Assembly: GCF_000143415.4 (NCBI RefSeq)
Contig: NW_003314265.1
Coordinates: forward strand, 3,778,443 to 3,842,442
Source: Selaginella moellendorffii
Lineage: Eukaryota; Plantae; Lycopodiophyta
Direction of reading: 5' to 3'
Length of the DNA stretch: 64,000 nucleotides
Made by a program: the position numbers and the translations under genes. Within the stretch, counting starts at the first letter, position 1; the number at the start of each line of letters is the position of its first letter. Positions 49,110 through 63,486 of this stretch are shown here, in pieces. A model generated the notes under the pieces. It was not told the origin of the DNA. It saw only the letters and a program-made list of their open reading frames with translations, and searched no databases.

Positions 49110-51310
49110 ATGGAGGTGGAGGCTGCGGCAGGCGCAGCGCAGCCGCAGCGGCAGGGATTCTCCTTCGGATGTAAGTCGCGAGTAGATCGGAGCGATTTCG
49201 GTGCCAATTTCTCTCTCTGTGGTCTCGCCAGTGCTGGAGATGATCAATGCTTCGCAAGCGGAGCATGGATTGCGCCACAAGGATTACAAGCGCTACAAGG
49301 AGTACTGCACGAATCGGCTGCGGCGGCTGTACAAATCGGTCAAGTTTACTCACGGCCGGGGGAGATACGTGAAGAAGCCTCTGGGAGTCGCCAACGTCTC
49401 GGAAGTCAGGTTTGAGGCTAAGAGGACGAGCTTGACGCGCTCAAGATATATTTTCTCTTGACAGGCATCTCCACATTGCCCTCTACTTGGCCGAGAGAGC
49501 TTGGAGCCAAGCTATGCATCTCAAAGAAGAAGCTCCAACTGGGAAAGGGCGCTATCACTGGCTTGGACGATTGAGAAAAGCCTGCAAGTGGGCAGATTTA
49601 CTCGAGTCTCTTTGCAACGAGAAAGCGAATCCTAGGACAGCGCTCGAGGCCACGGTAAGGAATCAGTCTCTCGTTTCTCCAAGTTCTCATTTTTCTTTGA
49701 CTGGAAGGCGTATGCTTCCTACTTGAGGGGACTTCTTCTTGTAGATGCCGAGAGGAACTGGCAATTTGCTTTGAGAAAGTTCAAGAATGCTCGGTAAGGC
49801 ACTGATTACGTGGAATATGTTTCTTTTTTTTTATCTCTGTGAAACAGGATCATCTACGAAGAACTTGGACGGTATGGAGACGCTGACAATCAGATCCTTT
49901 ACAAGCAGCGTGTTGAAGAAATTGAACAAAACATTCGCCATTGCTTGCATTCTCTCCAGCAGATGGACGATGCGGAAGGTCCTGAGGATGAATCAGACCG
50001 GGAACTGCATGGTAAATTAGAGGTACGACCTTTACAACTCTGAAGTATTGTTTATGACTCTTAAGCATTGCAGGCTGTTATGGTAGAAGTCAAAACACAA
50101 GAAGAGATCTCAACAGTTTGTGTCACCTGGTTAGGACACAAATTCCCAGTTCATAATATCAAGACACGAGCTTGTGTCTTGAAAGGTTAGTCTAACGTTG
50201 AAGACATTGCTTTATTTTTTGTTCTCATCTTCTTTGTCTGATGTTACAGTTCAAAATCTTGAAAGAGAGCTTGGGTCTTCCTCGACAGCGGAGAAAAAAC
50301 AGGGACTGTACGAGAAAATCCTAGGAGGTTATCAAGAGGCGAGGAAGAACATACGCGAGGACCTGGCAACAGCTGGAAATGCTGACAATTTGCGGGACTC
50401 GTTGATCGGGCTGGACAAAGCTGTTAGCTGCTTGATTTTTGCAGGAACGATCGAGCGTGCCAGACTGCAATTGTCTATAGCCAAGAGCCGGCTGAGTCGG
50501 CAGCAGGATCTTGCAACGCTTCAAGAGATCGTGACACTCTGCGATACTTTAAACACTGTAAGTACTTCTGCGAGCTGCAAGGAAAGATGGCTAACGCTCT
50601 CTTGACTGCAGAACCTTATGGAGCTAACGGATTTGGCAACATCTGGAAGAGAGAAAACGGACGAGGAAGAAAAGTATGCCCTGGAGCTGTCTGCGAGCCA
50701 GGTTCTCTACCGCGCTGAGAGGTAACAAGCCTGCGCTTAAGCATATAGTTTGCTCCACTGACCGATTGCATTTTCTAGATGCTTTCATCTCGCACAAGCG
50801 TATAGCCTCCCAGGCCAACACGCTGAAGCATTTGCGTTGCTTGGGCGTGCTCGTGAGCATGCCGAGTCCGCGCTCCGGCTTCAGAAGAAGAACGAATCCC
50901 TGGTGGAAGAAATACAGGAGCTTATAGGCCGATGCAGAAGTGAAAGTCTTTTGGCCCATGCCCGAGGTGTGATGCAGAGCCTCGAGAAGCAACAAGAAGC
51001 CCAAGAAGGAGTTTCCTCCCTGAGTCTCGCGGAATCAAAGGTACTCGTAGCTCTCTCGATTCGATTGCATTGGCTTGAGCTGGTTTCCTTGTTCCAGGAT
51101 AACTATCTTCTTTCTCAGCTGGACAAGTATAAGTCAGCCTTGGGCTCGCCTGGCGCGGCACCGCGAATCTCACAAGTCCCTCCCGCTTTCAAGGCCGTCC
51201 CTTGCCGTCCCATATTCCTGGACACGGCCATCAATTCCATCGAGTTCCCGTCGTTGGAAGCTCGTCTCAAAGAGAAGAAGAAAGGCTTGTTTGGACGATG
51301 GGGATGGTAA
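49110..51310 (+). CDS. SRP68: Signal recognition particle 68-kDa subunit, multi-exon
   Basis: SQAEHGLRHKDYKRY..CTNRLRRL, AERAWSQAM, RLRKA and C-terminal PP.FKAVPCRPIFLDTA..FPSL. Confidence 0.92.
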
Positions 51311-51814
51311 TAACTTTTTAATTGTCATTTTGTGTCCAAGGCTTTTAAGGTTTATGCGAAAGAAAAATAGTATCTTGCGTTCTTCCGGACTTGGATAGGT
51401 TCTTTCAGAGAAGTGAAACGCTCGGAGAAAACGCTGCGGACGATTGAAGGGCTTGAGATGGAAGTATCTTTTCGTCTTAAATTCTTGAATTCGTAAGTAG
51501 TGCTTTGTTTGAGTAACTTTTTTTGATACACTGTTTTACATGTTTCAGTGCTTGGAGTTACTTAGATCGCAAACGCAGTAAGTCATATCCATCTATCTGA
51601 TTCACACTTCTTCTGCTGGCCTTGAAAGTTCATCACACTTTCTTTCCTTACACATTCGTCGTCCCCTCGTCCTTACTGGAATGTTTTGAGCATACCAAGT
51701 GTGATCGTCTAGTTAGGTGCTCGCACTCTGTCACGTTTTCCCGTACCAAGTCTAGAAAGCCTCTACCCGATGTAGAAAGAAGAAAGAAGAAAGAAGAAAC
51801 TCACCACCATCCAG

Positions 51815-53613
51815 ATGGATTCTTTCAAAGGGCTCCTGTTTTGGATATTGTCTTTGAACTTGGTTGTCCTGATCGGTTTTCGAATGAACTGGATGAAACA
51901 GGATACAGCAGCTACGACTACTGCGGGATTAACTTCTGCGACCGCTGCTGCGGCGAGCAAAGCCAAGCTTCTTGTCGACTTGTGGAGCAGCGAGTTGGAT
52001 GACCGATCGAGTTCCAGAAAGGCGACGATCAATGCACCGCACATCCAAGATTGCAGGCAAGTCACCGAGGCTAAAGCGACGTATGATCGCCGCGAAGATC
52101 CATCCTGGAGGTTCAAAGGATTTCTCCAACAAGGACAGGAACTTAACAGCGTCCATGTTCCAGAGACGACTATTCCATGGGTACGACTCTTTAGAAGCTA
52201 TAACTTATTCGAGAAACACTTGTTCTTTCTCTCGTTTGGTTCTTACAGGCGAATGGCGGTGATGAAGATAATCTCCCGCTAACACGACGCGTCCAACGCG
52301 AGCTATGGTTGCACCAGCACCCCGAAAACTGTAGCAACGCGAGGTTTTTACTGGCTTTTTGGCACCACGACGAGACGCGGGACTCTGTTGGAGTTGGATC
52401 GGACATGGTGTCCATGGCTGGGATGTTTGGAGCGGCACTGATCCAAGGCCGGGTTTTCATCACCAAAGACTACCACGGCGCCAGGCACGAAGGATGCACA
52501 GGTTCTTAACTTGAGTAATTCCTTTTACCAGGTAGAGCTGGTCTTTCTTTAGGAGCCAACCACGCTCGCTGGTCATGCTACTTTGCTCTTGAGGCGTCCG
52601 AGGAGTGCATGGCCAGGGCATTGCAACTTTCGTCGCAGAAGGAGGCTTGGGACGAGGGAATTATCAAGGAGTTTAGCGGGGATCAATGGGATGGTCCGGT
52701 TCCAAGGTGAGAATTTGATATCTATTGCTTTTCTTGACATTGTTGTTTTGAAAACTATGTAGCTTCTGGGGGGAGCCATGGAAGGCAATGCAACCAACGG
52801 TGGGGCTCGACGGCAAGCTCCTGAATTACAGCGCAAACCATCGAAGATGGTGGAGAGCTCAGGCAAGTCTAGCGCTGCTTTTTGGTTTTTGAGAAAACAA
52901 CTTTGAAGAGTTTGATTGATCCAGGCACTGCGCTACCTTACGCGATATCCCAGTGAGTACCTGTGCAACCTCCTCAACCAAGAGAGGCACAAGGCCTTCG
53001 GCGAGGAAGCAGCCAAGCTCGTGATCAAAACTCTTCCCGCCAGCGAATGGCCCGCTGGCTTGCAACTCAACGAGAGCAATCCCCTGGAGGAGCTGGTGTG
53101 GAGCAGCTATGGCCCCTGGATGCCGCGGCCTCTGGTGAGCATTCATGTGAGGCAGGGAGACAAAGCCAAGGAGATGCAAGTAATCTCGTTCGAGGAGTAC
53201 ATGAAGCTTGCAAACGTTCTTCGCAGGAGGTTTCCACACTTGCGAAACGTGTGGCTTTCCACGGAAATGCAGGTAAGCCATTTTCTTCCGAGCTCGCGGC
53301 CATTAAAACTTTGACTGTGTTTTAGAATGTGGTGGAGGAATCCAAGGAGTACAAGGAGTGGAACTTTTACTACAGCGACATTCCAAGGCAAGTTGGGACG
53401 GTGAGCATGGCCGAGTATATGGCGTCGCTGGGAAGCAGGCAAGCTTTCGACGCTAGCTACGTCAACTTGGTGATGGCTGCCGAGTGTGATTTCTTCGTGG
53501 GCGTGCTAGGCTCGACTTGGAGCTATATCATCGACGACCTGAGGATGACCAGCGGCAAACTCATGGCTGGCTTCCTCACCGTCAACTCTGTCAATGCCCT
53601 CCTCAAAAAGTAA
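51815..53613 (+). CDS. Alpha-1,6-fucosyltransferase-like (GT23/FUT8-like) Golgi glycosyltransferase, multi-exon
   Basis: N-terminal TM, QHPENC, WWRAQ|ALRYL, VSIHVRQGDK and ECDFFVG.LGSTW. Confidence 0.8.
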
Positions 53614-54635
53614 AGTTAATTATATTATAAAATTAAAATACCTATAATCCTATGTGTATAATTTCAGAGGGAAGAAATTTGGAGAATTTATTGATTGTGA
53701 GAATCCGGTAAGGGTGATCTTGTAGGGCTAGAGACTGACGGTACCACTCAAGAAAGATACAAAATCTAGTAAACACCTGGATAAAGTATTTCATTAATGC
53801 CAGTAAAAAAACAATTCCGTTTGACACATCTTTTAAATATCAGACTTCTTCAATCAGAAATTGATGCCAGTTTCTGCAATATATGGAAAAGCATGAGACC
53901 TAGGAGTTTACTCTTCGGTCATTCAGTCTCTTTGCTCTTGCGAGGTTGGACCACCATGTGTTTGTTTTAAGTTCCATCTGCACTTGGACAGGTCTCTCCC
54001 TGAAAACGCTCTGCTGGAAACGAGGAGTCGAGATCTATACCATCCGTATAAACCAGAGATACCATCCGTATCCCCAATTTTATGCTATAAATTGCTGGCA
54101 CCTTGTGTCTGTTCAAGCCTCCAAGTTGTATTCAGATTTCAAAAATGACGGTGAGTACATATTTCTTTGGTGTTGAGATGCTCATATATGTTTGTGTTCA
54201 GCATTGCTACATCAACAGCAGTACAGACATTCAGCTCTTAGATGATGGGAAGAAAGACTATCAGTACTACAGCCTGGCTGTGCAAAATGGCTCTCCTGTT
54301 TACGCCAATGCACTGGTTCCTGTCAAAGAACAACGTTGGAAAATCTCGCATCCGCAACACTTTGAACAAGAGCATGAATGCAAGAAGAATCATTGCAATT
54401 GCACCCTCCCAACGTCCCTCAGCTCCCTCCCCAGATGGATAAACGAGCACGCCAACAATTTGTGGAAGGTCTACAGTACAAAACATATCGTAAAGGAAAA
54501 AGAAAAAGATGTATAAATCAAACATAAATGATATAGTTATTAGTATACTACTTAACTTCTTTTAAACTCAATTGATAATAAATCTGATACTTTGTACAAG
54601 ATCGATATCAAAATCCTCAATGCTTAATAAGATAG

Positions 54636-57600
54636 CTACCGAGTACGCAGGAATCCCCTGAGATCATTCAAGAACACAAATAAGTTGCTCCTAAACTTGC
54701 GACGAATGGAACGGTCTATCGTGGACGTGATCTCGATCCCTTTTGACAGCGAATGGAACGCGGTAGAGACCCGTTCTTGCGACACCACGTCTTGGTGTCT
54801 TTGGACGAGCTCTTGCTTAAGTTTCTGGCAAGACAGCGTTTATGAGCCATAAAACGAACGATTCACAACGGGATTACCTCAAACAGCGCGGTGTTGCAAA
54901 GAATTAGCGGAAGTAAAGCATCAGCGGCGGGCTCGACAAGATCATTACTGTAAACACCATCCAGTTAGATAAAAAACAAGGATACCAGCAAGCTTGCTCA
55001 CCTGTAATCCTCGAACAGCAAGAAATGCATGAGCAGCTTTAGAAAATGAGACAGCACATCGTCGCCGCCGCTCGTACGCGATTGAGTTCCGAGGCCATCG
55101 TCGCCTTTGCACAGTGCTTGATACTGGAAGACACCTAGTGCACCGAGAGCACTCAATGTCATATTTACGACCTCCACATCCTGCGTAAGCGAGACATTTA
55201 GATGCAGAGCTCGTTGAGAAAACAAACACGAACCTGTTGCCGCAATCCAAACTCGAGTGTTCCTAAGATCTGGCTAAATCCTTCTGGTGATATCTTCGCC
55301 ACCTTCTCAGGATAGACTTCCAGCATGTGCATCAGTAATGTAAAATACTAGCAAACGGGAAAAGGTTAGAGCTAGACGTCTGTCTACAGTATAACAGGAT
55401 ATTAAACCTGCCGGCAGAGCTTGGGGTACTTCAACAAATCAGCTGAAATGAGAGGGGTGATGATATTTAACCCAAGATACACAACCTGTGCGAAAACGTT
55501 ACGCTACTACCACGATGAAAGAAACCAAGCTACCTGTGCTACATCGGGATTTTCGTCTGCATGCAGTGCAAAATCGAACTACACAAACGAAACAAGTTTT
55601 TAAAGAAAGATAAGCACCGCAAGGCATACCAAATCTTTGGAGCTCAGATTTGTAAGCAGCTGAAGCAATGCTCGGAGGTCTTTATATTTCTCGGTTTGCG
55701 CTTCATTTTGTAAGCTTCGAGATGTTGAAACAGAAACCTAAAGACACCGTGTGAAGCGACGTTTTAAACAGTAACAAAAACACGTACCTTGCCAATATTA
55801 TGTGCAGAATAAACTGAGAGAAGCTGAACGCAAAAGTTGAAAACCGTAGTGGTGTCCTTGGGTTCTAGGAAAACAACTTCCGCGTCGACCCAGACCACAA
55901 CATACTTTAGTAGCAAGTAAACAACAGATGGCTGCAAGAACAATGAATGAAAAACAGCAGCTCGTGAGCAATGCTACCTGATTTTTGTAGATTTCCATAA
56001 ACACCAGCAAAGGCTTCATGATAGACACACCAACTTCAAATATGGCTTTTTGAGTTCGCGGTATTGTTTCTCTTGCTGCACCACGCAGCCTTTCAAGCAC
56101 ACAGCTCACCTGCACTGCATGTGAATAAGAGAACTTCTGACACAAACAATCTAACCTGGTGAATAACATTCGGTTGTTGAGAAAATGTCGCCAGGTCTTT
56201 CCTTCCAGAGAATTCAGCTAGGCTAGCAGCCATAGGCATAAGAAGATCCTTGACATACCTATAGCTTGGCATGTTAAGAACTAAGTTTTAAAACACCATC
56301 GACTTAACTGGTTTGCGGCATCAGCATTCGCCAGGCCTTGCGCAGATCGACATAAGCATCCGGATAGAGCTCGCTAGAACATGACGTAAATTTGCATGAA
56401 AAAACATTTCAGCTGGCTATTCATACCTGAACTGAATCTGAAAGCGACAAAAGCATTTGGTCCTGACGGGCAAAAACAGTCGCTAGCTCCTGCCAAGAGC
56501 CCTGGACAAAAAAGTTAGTTAATAGAAGGAGGCAGCGAGCGAGTTACCATCGACAGTAGTTGCACGCATACATTTCGCCTCCGCACTAGCGCTGGAAGAA
56601 GACGAGAGGACACGTATTCCTGCACGACATGAACGTAAATAGTACCAAAAAAAAAAAAAGTTCGCACCTGTAATACTTGCTCTCCTCGCCACGCAGTCAG
56701 ACTTGTTAATGCTACCCGAACGAGAATCTCTAGTACTGCCGGTCCTCCGCCATCTTTGCCAAAAGCAGCATTCAGGGCATTTCTTCCGTCAAACAAGACA
56801 CCTACAGAAACTTCCTGTCCTTCATGACCCGATGGTGTAGAGCTAGGTCCTCGGCCAGCGTGATCCGGCATGAGATATGTTTCCACCCATCTTCCAAAAA
56901 ACCATACAATAGCCTAACAACAGAATCAAATGACATCTGTGTGTCTTATGACAAAGCTTACCTCCATCATTCGCGGACTTAAAGTAGTTCGAAAAGTAGC
57001 ATCTAAAGATTGTTGGGCTACATCGATGAGAGCACTGAACAAGAAGCAGAATTTATTTGTGAGACATTAAGTAAGGCAGCTTACAAAGAAAGAGATACGG
57101 CAGGATGGGTCGCTGGTTCCGCAGAAACGGCCAAAATGGATTCAGGCACCTATACAGGACACTTGGTTAATGTTTACAAAGAACAAAGCACAGGTCCAAA
57201 CCGTTGGAGTTTCTCCTTCTCCGGGGTCCGCCAAAACATGTCCCGAGAGGATCGTAAGCCAGTGCAGTTGTTCCAAGCACCGTGTTGTGGTCTCCGATCC
57301 TAAGGACTAGCACAACAAAAGAGGTGAGGAAAAAGGAAGCAACAAAATTGCATGCACCTGTCGAATTTCCGAAAAACACTTCGAGACTAGCATGGTCAAC
57401 AATGAAAGAGATACAGATGGAACAGTACGAGCAATAAGTGCAACGGCACTCAGGCGATCCTCCCGGGCTGATAAAAATTACAAGCGGTCATCAGAACTGG
57501 AAAAATAGAAATCAGAAAGAGAAAAACAGAACCTTCATCGGAAAAAGCAGCCATATCATCAGCATCATCTTCGTCTAAAGCAGATGATTCTGATACTGTA

Positions 57601-59725
57601 ATTCTAAGCAGTTGTGAGTTTTATGTAACATCATAAAGATTGCAAGAACTCACGTTTCATTTCGAATTCCACAAATGTTTGAAACACTGCAGAGGCGGCT
57701 TCTATTCCACTTGGCGGAAGTGGTACTTTCTGGCTAAGATCTGCAGGCTGTACAGAAAAACTGTTGAACCCGACGTAAAACTTAATTAAGCATACTTGCA
57801 AAATCACAGTCCAAGTCTCCAGGAGCACTTCTAAAGCCTCGTAAGTCCAGCTTGGTTCTTCAGATTCCCGGACACAACTGGCCTTAATAATTCCACATGT
57901 CAAAGAAGAAAGCAAGCTCAGTGTACCGGTTTGCCTGATGAAATTTAGTATCAATCACAAGAAATGCCCAGAGGAAATTTCACCTGAATGATAATAACAG
58001 CTGATCGAAAGAGGACGGCGAGCATAGTGTCGCAATCGCTAGTAGTGCACGACATCCATCCAACATCTCGCTAACAAGCTAGCTGTGTTAGCAAAATGGA
58101 AAACAATTACGAACGAGCACAAAGAATCGAACCTTTCGCTTGTTCCCGCTAGGACAGCACTAATTACATATTCTGGGGGATCAATCCACGAAATAATGCA
58201 GTTCAGTAATCTTTGCAAGTGCTGTTCCTGCGTACCAGCCCCATCTGCTTAGTGATATACTTTAGTGAGATATGCAAAACAAAAACACCGACGTTCTTAC
58301 CAGTAGGAAAAATGCTTCCATTTAAAGAGCACATAAGAACGATAAGTTGCCTGACAACCACGGAAAGAGGCAAGTCTAGCCAAGCATTGCCCTTTTGATG
58401 AATGTGTTCGTAGAAATTCAATATCCATGTCACTTTCGCGGGTGATACTAGAAGATCGTGCCAGAGCTGAACATCATAACCATTACAAACGTCATGCGAT
58501 GCTTATTTGTACCTGTAATTGCTCAGAAGATTTTCTGCTTGCGGGCGACGAGGACAGAGTGCTTGCACGACTTTTACCAAGAACAGCGAGTTTACCACGA
58601 AATTCCCAGTTCAAAATCTGGGTCATTAGCCGGATTGCTACAGTACAGATCGCTGACTCTTGATTCTCTCCTTGTCCTTCAAGCGCTTTGCTTGCCACCA
58701 TAACTGAAGCATCAAATGCCCATGCATAGAATTTCTAAAAGCCAAATTAGAAAAACCATCAACATATGAAACTGCAACTGGAAAAAAGAATCATACTTGT
58801 AAATAGCCCGCCTCCAAAGAAGCACGACATTTATCATGAAACTCCGCAGGGAGGCCCATCGGACTTGCGGTGGAGAGCGAGAATTCGGACACCTGAAAAA
58901 AGAAAGAAATTGGAAACAGTCACGACACTTGCAATATGTCCATTACCAGCTTACCAATGCTTCAAGTAATGAGATGCCAAACCGCTGGGCAGCAAGACCG
59001 TGTCTTCCGGCGACAGCCTGCTCAACCTGTATAAAAATCTTTTCAGCTCAGTCGCGATGTCGTCAAGGAACTTGCACAAACGCTTTTACCTCTTCAAGAA
59101 AAGAAGCCTTCTCAGCCTGAGTGTACTCCAGCCTGTGGAAAAAAAAAGATCCAAACGTGGATTTCAGCCTGAAGATCTGCTTACCAACCACGTTTAAGCA
59201 GTGCTGCCACCACAGACAAAATTTTTGATAGAATGTACCCTTCGGATGTTTCCACTCGAGCCATAACGTATTGTAAGCAATAGCTAAAATAACACCACTC
59301 CAAAACCATAGTGAAGCAAGTAGAAAAAATGGTCGATACACAAACAAACACACACATACCTTCGCAGTCTTGATTTTTCTTCTGGAGATATCAAAGTCCA
59401 TTCCCGTATTGCGGCCTCCTGGATCGTGGCAGCCGCTAGAAATTTGGCTGTGGCGACCTGGGAATTTTCTGGATCGCGATGGAGTGTTAGAAGATTCACA
59501 GGCACGAAGACTGTAGCTATTTACCGAGAATATATTGGCAGGCGTAGAATGGATGCGGAGATTTTCTGAAAGCCAGCAGTGTCGCTTCCGCCGATGATCG
59601 GATCCCTGGATCAGATACCTGCATTCACCGCTCAGCAGTGATCGATCGAGATAAAATCTCACATGGAGAGCCGCGCAAGATTGCTCCACCGCTTGCATCG
59701 AGCACTGGAGATCCTGCTGCTCCAT
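54636..59725 (-). CDS. XPO4: Exportin-4 (importin-beta family), many exons
   Basis: MEQ..AVEQSC, ATIQEAAIREW, KRGWL, QILNWEF, RLRGAA, DLLKYPKLC.QYF and C-terminal NRRKFRSNL..FL..LRGFLRTR. Confidence 0.88.
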
Positions 59726-59868
59726 AGCCACAAAAGCCTTAAACCCTAAACATGGAAGCGCTAGGACGATATCGAACGCCAGACCGCTCTCTCCTCAACG
59801 GCTACTTTACTCTTTCCCTCTTTCAAATAGAACTATTTCTAGGGTTCTAGGAAAGGGGAGTGTTGGCC
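59726..59868. promoter_or_regulatory. 143-bp bidirectional promoter between XPO4 and EB1 with telo-box
   Basis: AAACCCTAAA at 59741-59750 and tagggtt near 59840, between divergent ATGs. Confidence 0.6.
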
Positions 59869-61326
59869 ATGGCGGCTGCGAACATCGGGATGATGGATGG
59901 CGCCTACTTCGTCGGGAGGAATGAGATTCTTGGCTGGATCAACACCACGCTTCAGCTCAGTCTTACCAAGATTGAAGAGGTGAGAATGTGGAGAGAATCC
60001 CATCTTATCTTGCAAAATATTTGCTTTGTGGATGCTTCGCAGGCATCTAGCGGGGCGATCTATGTCCAATTGATGGATGCTACACATCCGGGTGTTGTGC
60101 CGATGCACAAGGTCTGGAAGATAGACTCTTCGTTTGATTCTCCTAAAAATTCTGTGTTATTTCACTGACAGGTGAACTACGACGCTAAGAACGAATATGA
60201 AATGATACAGAACTACAAGGTTCTCCAGGATGTTTTCAACAAACTCAAAATCAGCAAGGTAAAAGCAGTCGGAATAGATCGTGAGAATCTAAAGTTTGTG
60301 AACGATTTGGCAGCATATTGATGTGATGAAGCTCACCAAAGGCCGACCCTTGGACAACCTTGAGTTCGTTCAGTGGCTCAAGCGTTACTGCGACTCGGTT
60401 AATGGTGGAGCTCCAGCCCCAAGGTATACTTCTCGTTTCCACTTTTATTTTTCTTGGTTTCTTATTTGATTGTTGCAGCTACAATCCAGTTGAAAGGCGC
60501 GAAGCTTGCAGGGGAGGAAAGGAGGCTAGTAAACGAGCATCACACGTCAACTCTGTTGCAGTTTCAAAAGCTTCCAACAATGCCAAGCTCAGTAACTCAA
60601 CTGTTTCTGCTCCTCGCTCATCTGAAACTCCAAATCCTCGTAAGCTCCTGGTTACACGGCTATCAATCACTGATACATTTTTTACAGTTAAAACCAAGCA
60701 ACTAATGTCTGCAGCAGTCGTCGTCCCTCCTACTGGATCGGCTCCACAAACGCCAGCCAGACTTTATGCTCTTCAAGAACAGGTACTTGGCAACTTGTTC
60801 CAACGTCTTCATACCTACTTGATTTCGCAGATCACGGAGCTCAAGCTGTCAGTGGACAGTCTCGAGAAAGAGAGGGACTTCTATTTCTCAAAGCTGCGCG
60901 ATATCGAGATTCTGTGTCAGACTCCAGCCATAGAAAATGCCCCGGTACGCTCTGTTATTATGTATTGGCATCACCTTTTTACCCGGATGTTATTTCCAGG
61001 CGGTGCTCGCTATTCAAAAGATCTTATACGCTGCGGAAGACAGTGCAACCATCCTTGCTGAAGCACAAGCGCTGGCCATTGAAGCAGAGAGCGTACCACG
61101 AACGGCATTGGACGCCAACGAGGCAGCACTAGAGACTACTCCTGAAGCGGTTTCCAGCATCCGGCGGGAGAGCCTCAAGCGCAAGTCAATCGGAGGCCTG
61201 GAAGTAGAGAATCCATCTCCTCGGCAACGCAGGAATTCATGTGGAGGCTCAGCAGCAGCAGCAGCAGCGGTGGGAATAGCATCTGAGGAAATCGTCCTGG
61301 GATCCTCACCCTTGAGCGTTCAGTAG
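59869..61326 (+). CDS. EB1: Microtubule end-binding protein EB1 (EB1c-like basic tail), multi-exon
   Basis: [23 protein letters not shown] domain and [23 protein letters not shown] domain. The tail has LKRKS/RQRR and SP sites, and no acidic EEY end. Confidence 0.95.
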
Positions 61327-62804
61327 TGAAGGTATTTCCTTTTCTTTTCATTTTCTTTTTCTTCAATGACGTTCTCCTTGCTGCCGATGGATAGCTTACC
61401 GGAATGCTCGGTATCCAGACGATTGGATATCACTGGCGTCATCCTAGAGCTTGTTCGGTAATCTTCTTTTGTTTCTTTGCGCCGTCCTGGAGCCAAATAA
61501 AGAAGTTGCCAAGTAGAAGATTGGCTTGCGGTCGCTCTTCGTCATTGCAGTGATTCGGCCTCGAGAAAACCAACGAATCAACCCAAGTATCACTAAAATG
61601 ATTGTCTAGACCCCAGATGGAACGAACAAATGCTCTCGCATTCTCAGTTCACGCTCGTAACTTTGTAACTTTGTTGGCCTTGTCAAAGTTTTTTGACGGT
61701 GGGGACTTGTTGCCGGGGGCCTTTCGCGCGTACGAGCGTACCCGTGATGCTCTGAAATGATGTGAGCGATTGGATATCCGAGCCGCACTGATCTTGGGCG
61801 CAAGCGGAAGCGTCAAACTCGCCGCCCAAGTGTGTTAATCGGCAAAGCAAAGAGAGGGCCGACAGGCAGCGCGTAAAATATACGGGGGGCCACGCGCGGC
61901 GTGCTGGCGGGCGGGCGAGAATCCACAGCGCTGTTAACGCCACCACCGTTGCTTTCGCGACTTCTTCCCCCGCTCCTTTGCGGTACCAAGTTGCCCCTCC
62001 GTACGGGGCTAGGGTTTAAGCCGTACGGAGGGGGGGTCTTGGCGGTTAGTGCGAGCTACGCCGGTCCCAGGCAAGTGGACAAGAAACTTCCATTCATGAA
62101 CGAAAATCGTCCCCAAATCTCTGCTGCTACTCTACTGGCGCTGCTCTGCCGCCCCCCATGACAAAATTTTCTCGCTCGCTGCAGATGTGGTCCACTTCTC
62201 TTATCTCTTATCCAACATGATGCGCGCAGTGCACTGCAGTGTAGCAGCCCGATCTCTCTCTCCCATCCCACGCATTTGATTCCAAAAGAAAAGTGATAAA
62301 GGAAAAAATAAAAGAGAGAGAGAGAGGGGGAGACCAGAGTCAAACCCGGGGTGAGTGTGTGTGTGTGTGCGTCCTGGAGCAACATGAGCCAAGGCTGCAA
62401 AAGCCTCGGCCAAAAGGACTACAATAATAACAAAGAGAACTTTGCCTAGAATAATTTTTTGTTTTTCTTTCCCCTGGTCACCTCTACCTGTACGGGCATT
62501 GAGAAATTTCTACTGGGTTCAAAGTATTTTGAATTAAAAGTATTGTTGTTAATGTGCTAGGCTAGAGTTTATATTGTTTTCATTTCAAAGACATGAACCA
62601 AATCAGAGCAAGATCTTTGCGAGCAATTGTTTAAGCGGGGGGCATATTTGGAGAATTGATACCGGTTCCCGTTGGGGTCAACATTCCCCATGTCCCATAC
62701 TCCCCTCCAATACAACAGAATTTGTCTTGTATCAAGTTGGCAATGTCACCCCAACTTGCTTGTTTATTTTTTATGAGCAGGAGCTATCACACCCACGCCA
62801 GTGA

Positions 62805-62836
62805 CCACCACCACCGCCACCACCACCACCACCCCC
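62805..62836 (+). repeat. (CAC)n microsatellite; (GA)n and (GT)n tracts nearby at 62313-62370
   Basis: Seen directly in the sequence. Confidence 0.85.
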
Positions 62837-63404
62837 CAGGAAAAATTAGGGCGCGCCACAAAATGTTGCAATCAATGTGCGGATTCTCGGTAGTGGTGCA
62901 CACCAAATGCAATTGAAAAAAGCTTGGGAACATATAAGGCCAAAGAACCTAGTTACCATTACCACCAGCACCACCACAAGATTTGATCAACAGTGCCCAA
63001 AAATCTTGTGATTGATGGCCCGAATCTTGCAAGCCTTTAGGTAGGTCATCATATGCCCACAAACGTTGGATAAGCACTCCCATCCCATACATTCTAGCCC
63101 GCCAAAATCGTCCGCCAAACCACCCCACGCGCGACCGGCGCTGCCGGTGCGCCGGTTGTGGTCGCGAGATCGGATCGAACCCCCCCCGTGCACTGGCACC
63201 AAATCTCCCGAGTGTACGGAATGCGCATGGGTTTTGGGACCATGTGCCGTACGGGCGTGGGCCGCGAGAGAGGGAAGGGGAAAAAACACAATAGGTGAGT
63301 TAAAAACACGCAAGGGGAAGGGAGAGAACGCGAGAGAGACGCGAGAGAGAGGTGAGAGAGAGGTAGAGCTCAAGGGTTTCTATTGTTCTTGGGGAGGAGA
63401 CGCC

Positions 63405-63486
63405 ATGTCGCGAGAGGACGAGGGCGATAAGCGCGTCGCGGACATCGATGCTGCCATTCGCGTGGTGCCCGATTTCCCAAAGCCAG
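63405..63486 (+). CDS. APT: Adenine phosphoribosyltransferase, first exon (gene continues past window)
   Basis: DKRV..I..AIRVVPDFPKPG followed by a GT donor. Confidence 0.85.
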
